In this document: piece by piece, positions 1 through 11,155 of the stretch | Position numbering within the stretch: position 1 is the stretch's first letter | Layout: the number at the start of each line of letters is the position of its first letter | Assembly: GCA_002269645.1 (NCBI GenBank) | Contig: NIVC01001660.1 | Span: 190,134-254,133 of the forward strand | Reading direction: 5' to 3' | Origin: Macrostomum lignano | Lineage: Eukaryota | Length of the DNA stretch: 64,000 nt | Translations under genes and position numbers: made by a program | The notes under the pieces: model-generated | What the model was told of the DNA's origin: nothing | Database searches by the model: none | Seen by the model: only the letters and a program-made list of their open reading frames with translations

Positions 1-270
1 GCCAATAATTTTTTTTCTTTGCTCTACTTGGTAGCAAAAGCAACGCAGAGGAGACGAGTTTTTACTGTCTGGATTCACGGATCTCTGCTATACTGTAAAT
101 CCTTATTGAAAAATTGAATCCTTATTGCATCTCCTTGTTAGCAGTCCATCTTTAGACTTTAATTGAAAAAGATTCCAACCTGTTTCGGCATCGAGAATCC
201 AAACTCTTTAGCTATTTAATTGCACTTAATTCAGATGAGTGACTTCAAGAGTGGAAATATTTGGCCGATT

Positions 271-598
271 GCAGTACATGAGGGACACTTGCAGTACATG
301 AGGGACACTTGCAGTACATGAGGGACACTTGCAGTACATGAGGGACACTTGCAGTACATGAGGGACACTTGCAGTACATGAGGGACACTTGCAGTACATG
401 AGGGACACTTGCAGTACATGAGGGACACTTGCAGTACATGAGGGACACTTGCAGTACATGAGGGACACTTGCAGTACATGAGGGACACTTGCAGTACATG
501 AGGGACACTTGCAGTACATGAGGGACACTTGCAGTACATGAGGGACACTTGCAGTACATGAGGGACACTTGCAGTACATGAGGGACACTTGCAGTACA
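271..598. repeat. Perfect 20-bp minisatellite (GCAGTACATGAGGGACACTT), 16 full copies plus a partial copy
   Basis: Identical units read directly from 271 to 590, with no spacers. Confidence 0.97.
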
Positions 599-1108
599 GC
601 TCCCTCTATCCCACAATCCCTACAGCCCATCTATCCCACAGTCCCTACAGCTCCCTCTATCCCACAGTCCCTACAGCTCCCTCTATCCCACAGTCCCTAC
701 AGCTCCCTCTATCCCACAGTCCCTACAGCCCCCTCTATCCCACAGTCCCTACAGCCCCCCTCTATCCCACAGTCCCTACAGCTCCCTCTATCCCACAGTC
801 CCTACAGCTCCCTCTATCCCACAGTCCCTACAGCTCCCTCTATCCCACAGTCCCTACAGCTCCCTCTATCCCACAGTCCCTACAGCTCCCTCTATCCCAC
901 AGTCCCTACAGCTCTCTCTATCCCACAGTCCCTATAGCTCCCTCTATCCCACAGTCCCTACAGCTCTCTCTATCCCACAGTCCCTATAGCTCCCTCTATC
1001 CCACAGTCCCTACAGCCTCTCTATCCCACAGTCCCTACAGCCTCTCTATCCCATAGTCCCTACAGCCCATCTATCCCACAGTCCCTACAGCTCCCTCTAT
1101 CCAACAGT
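595..1108. repeat. About 26-bp minisatellite (CTACAGCTCCCTCTATCCCACAGTCC), about 20 slightly variable copies
   Basis: Tandem units visible directly; the array abuts the 20-bp array. The PTVPTAPSIPQSLQ ORFs are its translation. Confidence 0.95.
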
Positions 1109-2612
1109 CTCAGTGTAAACTTGATTTCTATCACATATTATGATGGCGGCGTTGGAGACACAATTCAATGATAGTTGAGTCCGAATTAAAATCAGAGATC
1201 CAGTCCAATAGCCGGATTGGTTATAACTTAGAGCTAAAGCATTTAAATTTCCCGATTTAAGTAAGCAAGAAAAAGCAACGCTTATTTTTCTGAAATTAAG
1301 GGTTTTTTGTGACAGTGACGTTTCTGCAAGTCTTTGTGTGCGTCAAGGTTTAAGTTTTTGTTCTCAGATGCTTCTGGTTCTGAAATCGCTCCTAAAAATC
1401 ATAAGACGAGACAAGCAAAACAACTTTCTTATTAGAATGCCCACCAAACTAAACAGGTAAACTAGCTTTTGATTAAATACTCGTAAATCATTACGGATGT
1501 TATGTTTAATGCCAGACAAAAAACTAAAACCATCCGTTAGGCTATTTACAGACAGCGGTACGTCACGACAACCTTGCATCCCGTTAGTACGAGCCAGAGT
1601 TGCCTCTGCTCACGCACTATACTAAATACCGTTGCTAAATTTAGCAACATGAATAAATAACAGACATCCTCTATACAGACTCCGACACTATAGTAGACTA
1701 TACTCTCTATATAAAGAACCAAGCAAGGCCCCGCAATGCTCTGCTTTCTTTAACTTGCATGAACTCGGTGCTTCTTAGATTTCTTAGAATTTTGTTTAAA
1801 TTTGTTTTATTTCAATCAACCCAGTTAAACAGTGGTGGTTTTTGGTGGACTAATGCTCCGGTAAGTATCTCAAAGAATAATGCGTGAATTATTTCCCCAA
1901 ATATACTTTTTATAGATTTCGAACTTCTTAAAATTTTCGCAAAGTATATACAACCTGTCTAAGAGAATATCGTGTGGCACTCAATCTTCTTTTCCGATGA
2001 ACTAGCGAACTGCTGCTTATCCAATCGGAATTTCTGGATAACCTAAGATCTTTGCCATAAATGTTTGTCTACAAAAAAATAAGCTTCCTGTTTAAAATGT
2101 GAGAAGACTCTCTCCACCTCTGCTCATTCTTTCTTCTGCTCACATAGTTAATCGGCCCCTCATAAGGTCCACAGCCTATTGTTAGTCACAACCCTCTGCC
2201 ATATTGAGGCTCAATCTGTTATAAGGGAACCTACTACGAGTAAATTAGCATAGAAAACGCAATATATCATCGGTTAGACTGCAAAATTGAATGGAGTTTT
2301 TTGAGGCAGCCGATAGAATATGAGCAGAGGCGGAGAAAGACAGACGGCAGAGGCACACTGATACTCATATAGAGCAGACAGAATAATTACAATGGCTGCT
2401 AAATTTAGTAACGGTTCAGAACGGTAAAGGATGAATATATGAATTTGATACGGTAGTGCAATACTCTCTTACATGTATAAAGTGGATTGAGCTCCAGCAA
2501 TGAGTTCATATTCCCGATAGTTTACCGTCAGGACGGAGGCCAAAATTCTAAGCTTCAACGCGCAGAATAAAGTTTTATTAAATAGACTAGTGACACTTCA
2601 CTATTAAACAAG

Positions 2613-4482
2613 ATGAGCCGTCATGTTTCAGCTATGCTCAGGTGAGATTTTTTTAACGTAATGTAACGCTTTCGGAGGTTAGGATCTGAAATTAGAACAC
2701 ACCAATAGCGCAACATATCTTTGGTTATCGTCAAGCACTACCGAATAACACTACTGCAAAATGAGCTGCAGCACACACAGGTATATTTATGACTAACCTC
2801 GCCTATAATGCATGCATGCATGCATTCTTACTTCGATTCAAAGAGCAGAGCTCCTTTTCAATCAACAAACACTACTTTAAATCTTATATCGCAGGTGGGC
2901 GGTGGTATTGTCTCTGCTGCTGAGCTGCTGTGAAGTCGAGTCACAGACGCACTGCTCAAATGGTGGAACCTTTGACTACGTCAGCTACCGGTGCATTTGT
3001 ACACCAGAGTTCTATGGACGGACCTGCGAGACCGCCTTTGCAAGCTCTGATCCGTGCAGCAATGCCAGCATACCGGAAATCACTGACTCCACAGCCTCTC
3101 ATGCACCTGGCAACACCCAGTCGTGTTCATCAACTGGTGGTTGCATCAACTTTTACAACATGGCGACTGGATGGTACCGACTGAGGTCTCCTGCTGGGGG
3201 CTTCCTAACCAGCACGTGTCCCAACACAACCGTCAGCTGCGGCAGCGCCGACCCTTATATCCTCACCGACATCGTCCAGGAAGCCAATGCGAACAGACAG
3301 CTTTTTTCCGCCAAACTCTTCAGAGCCAGTGGGCCAGGACCCGTCTGCTACAACTCGGCAGAGACTTCATATCCTGTCCGAATCCTCTACTGCGGATCAT
3401 TTAATCTTTACTATTTGGAACCCACCATGTCGAGCAGTCACCACTTCTGCATCGGAAACAGGAAGGCGTGCAGCGGCGGTCTCGTGTCAGCTGACGGCTC
3501 GGGCTACGAGCCCTGCGTCAACGCATCCGCGTGCTTGCCAAGGGTGAAGTCCGGAGCCGACGTGTTGCCAGTGCTTAGCCAAGCAAAGAGTGCTTCATCC
3601 GAGCCGCATTTTGATCGATTTAACTGTGCCATTCGTGACGCGTTTAGTACAAACTCTACGCTAGGACTCCTTTATAGGGTGAAATACCGAATCACATTTC
3701 ACAACTCAACGCAGGTCGTCATTCTAGGCTGCACAATTGATGATTTATCTGTGGTTCCAGGAAATCGAGTCATCGCGTCCTGCCCGTACGAAAAGATGCT
3801 AATGCCGCATTCGAACATCTACAGTGCAACACTGGAGTGCACCCTTCAGGCAAAGTGCAACTCATCGGCGGAAGACTACATTTCCCAGGAGCTGGTTTCT
3901 GCTTCTCACCGACTTCTCTTTCAGTTAGTAGAGCCCTCCTCGTTGGTGCTCACAACGTCTAATCCGATCCAACTTTGCATCAACATTTCCAAGGTTCCAA
4001 TCGTTGGCGAGGTCACTCTGAGAGTTTCAGCACGACAGACAGCGGCTGTGCCAAACGAAGCTCTGAAAGTAGAGATTAAAGCAGCTCAGTTTGGCCAATC
4101 GAAGTCGGGCATTGATGCTCTATCCGTCACTTTGAATGCAACGAATCGACACCCGGTCATCTGTTTAGAGTTGAGGTTGTTAATTTCGAATCAAGCAGCG
4201 GCGTTGACAGTGAATGGAACTCAAATTGAGGTGAGCGCCGGTTTCAACTCAACCGCTTCGAGCAGCGGTGTCTACACCGCAGGAAAATTGGTGACATTTA
4301 TGTCCCTAAAGTTGATGGCCGACGGCTCTGCGTTGAATATGAGGTCGACTACGACCACTATGTCGTCACGTTTCTTGACGATCACTTTGTCAAGCACGCC
4401 AGGATTGGTTTTGAAGCCCTACGAGAATTTGTCCATTGTTCTCGGCAGTGCTATTTTGCTGCGCCTTTGTCTGCGTACATGA
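2613..4482 (+). CDS. Secreted EGF-like + D8C (UMOD/GP2/OIT3/VWDE-type) domain protein, about 538 aa. Model: exon 1 2613-2641, exon 2 2895-4482
   Basis: ATG 2613 ...CTCAG|GTGAGA (phase 2) joins TATCGCAG|GTGGGCG, giving the signal-peptide-like MSRHVSAMLRWAVVLSLLLSCCEVES. EGF motif CSNGGTF..C.CTPEFYGRTCE follows. DPC...GWYRL...TC...CG..DP...C...ILYCGSFNLYYLEP...FC matches the D8C cysteine pattern. The rest is beta-rich and Ig-like. Further 3' exons cannot be excluded. Confidence 0.75.
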
Positions 4483-5299
4483 CTAGCATTAGAAACTGGA
4501 GTTTCACGGGTTTTTAAGGAGCTTTTCTTAAAGATTTGATTATTTTTACGGAACTGTGACGCTTGTTAACAAATATTTTGTAGACTTTCAGCACGTGGAC
4601 TAAATTGTAAAGTTGAAAGAAATGCTAACCAGGAGTGAATGAGTGTGACTATATGACGTAACGATTTCATGTATGAATTGTATTCATAGAGGCTAGATTT
4701 TTTGTTGTGGAAATTTCTATGCATCAGATAGTAAGGTACATATTACTAAAGTACAAAATTCTTGGTTTTTTGTACCCAACTGCTGATCCTATTACTTTGA
4801 GCTAATAGTAATTCAGTTTTATAATTCGCTCATGCCTAGAACGCAAAAGGATAGTTGTTTTTTATTTATCCAGGCACTGAGTGTAAACAAGAAAATCATT
4901 TGTAGGTAATAGGTACAGTTTTAGTTTTTAGAACTGAGCTAGAGTACCTTGTTTCCGTGATGTTGTTTGAAATTTAATATTAGCTTATTTTATTATGCTT
5001 ACCTATCAAAGTTTTTCTGCCCGAATATTTTTTTTTACAGCAGAAACACCAATTCCGTTTACTTTTACAATCCTAAGCAGTTGTGCACAAGCAACAAAAA
5101 TGTTTCAAATTCTGCAATGTAAGCAGCTGTGCTTAGAGAAATTATTGCTTTACAGTAGTTTGCTTTTACTAAAATTTCTGTGGAAAACTCTGTCTTAAAC
5201 AGAAAAAAACGTTTCTCCTTTAATCGGTAAATTGCGGCTAAAATATATTTGATTTGAAATCTGTCTTTTTAAGCGATTAAAGCAGATAATCTCCAGTCC

Positions 5300-5670
5300 T
5301 AACTGACTGATTCTGGAAAATTTCGGAATATACAGCTGTCTGTTCGGGTTGACTTCCTAAACGATGTTCGTGAGGATATTAGGGTATAGGCTCTGCCGCA
5401 GGCTAGGAAGTCTCCAACTGGAGACCTCAGTGAGTACCATCCGGTCAAAATCTTGTAGAATTTGAAGCAACCAGTTGATGAACACATCAGATGCGTTGAG
5501 AGGTGCGTGAGAGGCCGTGGAGTCTGTGATTTCCGGCATGCTGCGATTGCTGCAAGGATCAGCGTTTGCAAAGGCGGTCTCCCAAGGACCGTCCATATAG
5601 AACCTTGGTGTACAAATGCACCGGTAGCTGACGAAGTCAAAGGTTCCACCATTTAAGCAATGCGTCTGTT
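5300..5670 (-). pseudogene. Inverted, frameshifted partial copy of the EGF/D8C gene 5' region
   Basis: The reverse complement reads CAGACGCATTGCTTAAATGGTGGAACCTTTGACTTCGTCAGCTACCGGTGCATTTGTACACCA, matching about 2945-3005. Peptide remnants DPCSNRSMPEITDSTASHAP and GWYSLRSP lie in different frames. Confidence 0.85.
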
Positions 5671-8600
5671 AATAATCGTGCCCACAAAATATACGAGCGT
5701 ATGTATGTGCGCAACAGCAAGATCAGCCATTTACCAGTGACGCATTCTGCTGCCTTGCACAGCCATCAAACAGACAAATATCAATCTGGAACTCGTTCAT
5801 TGCTACCACTTCTTTCCCGGATGTGGAATCGAGTCTTTACCGCTTCAGCAGATCTTACGTTAATCGCCCGTGCCTTTGTTGATAATCCCCAGACTGCATC
5901 GGAAGGGGTCGTATAGCCTAAATTGGAATCTCGGCTTGGGTCTGAGCGGGCAATTAACGCTCTTGAGGGCCAACCCTGTTGTGATTGACAATGCTTGCGC
6001 AGTGAACTGACCACTGACAATTAACTATTGACCTTATTGAATGCGTGGGCGTATACTGTACCCAGACTAGAATGAGTAGGTGATTGCGTATCGATTTGGC
6101 AATGCAACGTGCAAGTAGGAGTTTCATCTCTATAAATATATTGTGAGCGAGATTTGTGTCTCGCCGAGAAAGCTTCAATCAAAGAAACTCTCTGTGTTAA
6201 TTAGAACACAACAAACTCAACGATAAATAAGATAGGGCCGCTGTACACTCCTATGTGAGCGCGTGCCTGCGCGTATGAATGCGTACGTACATGTATGCGT
6301 GTGTGTGTGGGGGGGGGGGGGGTGGGCGGAATGGGCAGTAATGCCTCTCGCTGGTTGTGTGACAATGTCGTTTTAAGTACACCAGGGTAGACACAGTTCC
6401 ATTCTTCTAATACCAAAATAGACTACAATACATGTACACCAGCCAGAAAGATAAGAATTCTCCGATTCTGTTTTCGCAATTGGTAGTTTTACGTTACATC
6501 TGGTCAGACAGACAAATCTTAGACAATTAGTATAGTTGGATACTACGAGTTTTGGATCGGTGCACTCGCTCTATTGTTGTGAAAGTGTCTTTTTACAAAA
6601 AAATACCGCACTATCACAGGATGCTGCTACACAGTTTTAAGTAACAAAACACGCGTTTCTAAATTTAATAAATTAAGCCAGTCTGCCTCATTTAGTGCAA
6701 GTTTATATCCTGTTTCTGTTTGTTGTTTTCATTAGCAAACCTTACGGATTTTGAAACCTAACGAAAGATATTTTATTCTGCTATTACAGGTTCATGCTGT
6801 GTGAAGCTGGGTAAAATGAGATTTAAGCTCTGCTGTTTAATCGTTACATGGTGGATGTGGATTGGTTATCTCGCTGGACAATGGACAATAAGCAGACAAA
6901 TGTAAATATACAAGAATGAAGGCTAGATCTTATATAGTTCGCATTTGTTGTGTCGGGTTGAATCTGCACTGCTTAGCATACACTTGGCAACATACTTAAA
7001 GTTTCCACCCGAAACCAGAGGTAAACTTTTCTCAGATCTCGGCTCCAGGTGACGCAACTCACACCACGCCCGCGATTCTCATCTTAACTGTGGATGATGT
7101 AATTGACTCTTAGAAGCTCTCACTGCCAGAATTCGAGGGAACCCGCCCCTGCCGCCGCCATCGCAGTTGTGTGAAGACAAGAGTGAGTTGCGTTTCTTTC
7201 TCACTTGCGGGACTGGCTGGGTCTGATTTGTGCTATAGGGACGGGCTTATCAAGTCTCCTGACGCGATCCCACGCCCAGAGTCCGAAGTCAGTCCGGCCA
7301 GTTGACTGACGCCATCTCCGGGCTCGTCCACTGAGATAGCTAGAGTTGCGATACGGCCTTTTCACAGCGCATCGGCATCAGATCAGGCCAATTTCTTGTG
7401 GTAACACACGGCTTGGGCATACCTGTACTCGTGTCGCTCTGTACTTTAATATTATTTGACGGTTAATTATCAGATAGAAGAGCAGAAATGGACAAGTTCA
7501 TGCCCAAAAGCTTAAGTGAATCGCCCACCAGCCACCCGTTTGAGCCATAGACTATAGAAAGCAGGTGCCATTGGGTGCTCATTTTTGCCAATGTGGATCT
7601 CAATTCAATTCCCAATACCTCAACGAGACGCAAAACGACACGAGGGCTCGAACATCTATTGTAGAGTGTTCTACTTCCCACAAAAATCATAAAAATTGTT
7701 AATTTACAGGTACAGGTTTATTCATAGAAATGCTACTGTAAGTAGAGCAACGCACGCATGCGCTGTAGCGGGTGCTACGACTAAGAACAAAATGCAGATA
7801 ATTGCAGTGGAATGAAGTGTAAAAACTAGCGGTGGGGAATGCCGCTCTGGCTTCTTAGCTTAGCGCTGTAGAACTGTATTTCACCTTTAACATCTGCCAT
7901 AGATAATAGAATCGTACTTACACGAGCGTATGATCAACGGCTGTGTAGTGTTGTAGTGTTATATCTACAACACATAGTGCTATAGCGCACCAAAATTTTA
8001 ACTATGAATCATATTACTATTTATAACTAAAATGAGTCATGCTACTTATATCTTGCGAAAATTGTGTATAAATACAAGAGGTCCGAAGCGGACCGGAGCC
8101 TTATATCCTTTAAGAGAGAAGAAGAGCTTCGAATAAGGAAGCCAGCAAGATCCTTCAGACCAAGTCAACCGAGACTCGGCTGAGTTCTTTGCGGTAAGCC
8201 TTACTCATTTGCGCTACACTTTTTGAGTTGACTCGAGAGTGTTGTTGTGACTGAGTCTATCTGAGACTCCATTGGTAGTAGTCTTGACTTGTGTAAAGTC
8301 AAAGTCATTACTGGAGCTATACCTAGAGTGGATTACTTCACTGCTAGAAGGAGTAGGCTTGTTTATACCGCAGCGCGGCGCAGGGATCCCCATTGTTGAT
8401 TCGAAGCTTCTTATTGGTTCGGACTACAGATACCGGACAGCGACATGCCCAAGGCAGTAAACTAGTATAGAAACTACCAGCATCAAGGCGTCTATACGAA
8501 CTGACGACGAGGAATTCCAGATCGACAAAGGGGTACTCATTACTGGTTACTGATTGCCTAGCAGTAGCTAGAAGTGATTTTCCTTGATTACTAAGAAAGT

Positions 8601-9344
8601 CTTAGTAAGGAACACATTAATATTTAAGGCTGACTAAGGCTATAAATTCGATTAAAAACGACTTCTGATCAGTGGATACCCATATTATTTAGTGAATTGA
8701 TAGCAGCTTTAAGAAAAAAAATAAATCAAAGCAACATCGACATTTTCTTGTGAAGTTATACACTACAGCAAAACATTATATTTTATATACTCATTTGAAA
8801 TATTATTTCATACTATTTAGAAATATGCAAACGCCTATACACAAATTTTAAATCCTCTCAATAGGGACACCAAACATGATGAACGGCAAACTATACTATC
8901 CCAGTAGCAACTACATGTAGCTCACCTTGTGATTGAAGTTTCTTGATTAGCACGGCTTGTATTGTAATGGTTTTGTATCTTCTCGACTTTTTAATAATAT
9001 TGATGACCTAAAGAAACAGCTGTCTAGAATATTATTTGCACCAGCTTGCTTTGTTGAAAATATTTGGTTTTGTTATACTTTCTGACTTCCAGAAAAAAAA
9101 TAATATTAATAATAATAATAATTGATTACGCCTGCCCTAATGGGCAGATGTGCAACCGACAGCTCAGCCGCAGCTATTGCGCGGCGCATCTGAAGGCTGT
9201 GTACGGCTGTTCAGTCCAAGGACTGGGGGGGAGGGTCACCACACACCCTCAATTACCCCAGCTAATGCTGGCACCCATTTTACAACTGGGTGAACTGAAG
9301 CAAAGCAGAGTTAAGCGTCTTGTGATTGTTGATAAGCTCGGTTA

Positions 9345-9800
9345 GAGTGATACTGAGGGGGAGTGATGCTAAGGGGAGTGACGCTGAGGGGGAGTGATGC
9401 TAAGGGGAGTGACGCTGAGGGGGAGTGATGCTAAGGGGAGTGACGCTGAGGGGGAGTGATGCTAAGGGGAGTGACGCTGAGGGGGAGTGATGCTGAGGTG
9501 AGTGACGCTGAGGGGGAGTGATGCTGAGGTGATCGTGACGCTGAGGGGAGTGATTCTGAGGGGAGTGACGCTGAGGTGAGTGACGCTGAGGGGGAGTGAT
9601 GCTGAGGTGAGTAATGCTGAGGGGAGTGATGCTGAGGGGAGTGACGCTGAGGGGGAGTGATGCTGAGGTGAGTGACGCTGAGGGGAGTGATGCTGAGGGG
9701 AGTGACGCTGAGGGGGAGTGATGCTGAGGTGAGTGATGCTGAGGGGGAGTGATGCTGAGGAGAGTGACGCTGAGGGGAATGATGCTGAGGGTGCTGATAC
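9345..9800. repeat. 15-16-bp GA-rich minisatellite (GCTGAGGGG(G)AGTGA(T/C))
   Basis: Tandem variable units visible directly; they explain the SPQHHSP ORFs. Confidence 0.92.
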
Positions 9801-10969
9801 TGATTGGGATGCTGATAGGGAATGAGGAAGTGACTTTGAGGGCAAATGAATTTGAATTGTAACGATAGTGAAAAGGGACAGATCCATGCACGTAATTTTT
9901 TCGTCACACTGCATTTAAATGAATGTTCGCACATCCTTGCAGAAACTTTTTGGGGAATTAAAAAACTGTCGCTAAATAGCTATAAAGTCATTTCGCTCAC
10001 TTGAGTGGAGTGAGTGGAGGTTAAAAGGCTGTTCTGAGTCGCAACAAAAAAACAAAAAATTACGAGTACCTCCCTCCACACCCTGATATAAGTACTCTAA
10101 GCATTCTGCTTTCAGATTAGAAATGCCCCCTATAGAAATCCATTTGGGGTTGGAGGGACTCTCATTACTAAGGCTCTAAAATAACTTCGATTGTCGATGT
10201 GCAGAGAGCCAAATGCGAACTGAGGCTGCAGATTCAACTCGATTTGCTTGAGTTGAGTTTTGCTATTAGGTTCTATTGTTCGGGCGATCTGATAGTTTAA
10301 TCTGTTGTGGGTGGATCGATTATTCTTAATTAAGGTTCAATGAATCAACCTGTCGAATCTAAATAGTTTGGCTAGATTTGTGTACTACGCTCGGATCTGT
10401 TCAAGTTAAGGATTAGCTAGGAGAAGAAACAAAAACTTCTTGCTTGGTTTTAATCTTGGCTTACATAGCAATTTCAGTCTTTAGCATTGGGGACTAATTT
10501 AGACTTTTAGATAGTACCAAAGACCTTTGATAAAACTCAAAGATCGTGTAAATTTTAGGAGGTCGATTTCCTGAAATAAATACACTGCGGAGATAGGAAA
10601 AATATTTTTTTATCACAAAATAAATGATTGCATCCTTAGAATGAGTGATCCTTGGATGGTACATGCCTACTTTTCATTGGTTGAGGCTGGGGTCGTGTCC
10701 TAAGCTTTTGCTTGTTGGAGCACATTGATTGGCTGGTAATACTGTAGCGGTTTATTCGTTCGTGTTCAGACGGCTAATTATATATTTAGTATAATGGATT
10801 TTATAGTATATTTATATAACAATTTGTTACTTTGACCAATCAGGAGGCGGGGCGAGACGGTCCGGGCGACGACGAGTACAAAATTGAATTCTACCCGCGG
10901 TTGAAATACTATACAGATTCTCGGAATCATACAGTAAAACAAAAGTAATAATCAATTGTACATATACAT

Positions 10970-11155
10970 GGGAGCACGAGAATTTCCCGCAGAAACTTCG
11001 ACGGGAAAAACTCTCGCGGGAAAGCCTCGCCGCGGAAAAATCTCGTCGGGAAAAGCTCGGCGCGAAAACACCCAGCGGGGAAACCTCGCTGCGGGCAAAA
11101 CTCGCGCGGGCAAACCTTGGCGGGAAAAATTCCTGCGGGAAATTCTCATAGACCC
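10970..11155. mobile_element. Mutator (MULE)-like MITE, 186 bp, with a 9-bp TSD
   Basis: CATATACAT at both 10961-10969 and 11156-11164. Ends are GGG...CCC. Inverted GAGAATTTCCCGCAG at 10978 and 11133-11147. Internal about 15-bp CGCGGGAAAA-type subrepeats. A 9-bp TSD is typical of MULEs. Confidence 0.75.

Noticed and set aside
226-1056. ORFs over the 20-bp and 26-bp arrays; possible CRISPR array
   Set aside because: These are translations of tandem repeats. There are no unique spacers or cas genes, and the context is eukaryotic.
1629-2413. Palindrome GTTGCTAAATTTAGCAAC with an inverted relative at about 2395, as possible TIRs or RFX X-box
   Set aside because: Similarity is only about 25 bp, there is no TSD, and the spacing does not fit an X-box.
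5700-6180. GC-balanced, coding-looking minus-strand segment upstream of the pseudo-copy
   Set aside because: Stops occur in all frames, with no recognisable motif or match to the parent gene.
7020-7690. Short exon-like or LINE-like fragments (e.g. DSLKLLGMNL)
   Set aside because: Too short and degenerate to assign.
9125-9335. Possible SINE body (also 38990-39165 with a GGTTCGACC B-box-like motif)
   Set aside because: No clear A-box/B-box pair, tail or TSD could be established by eye.
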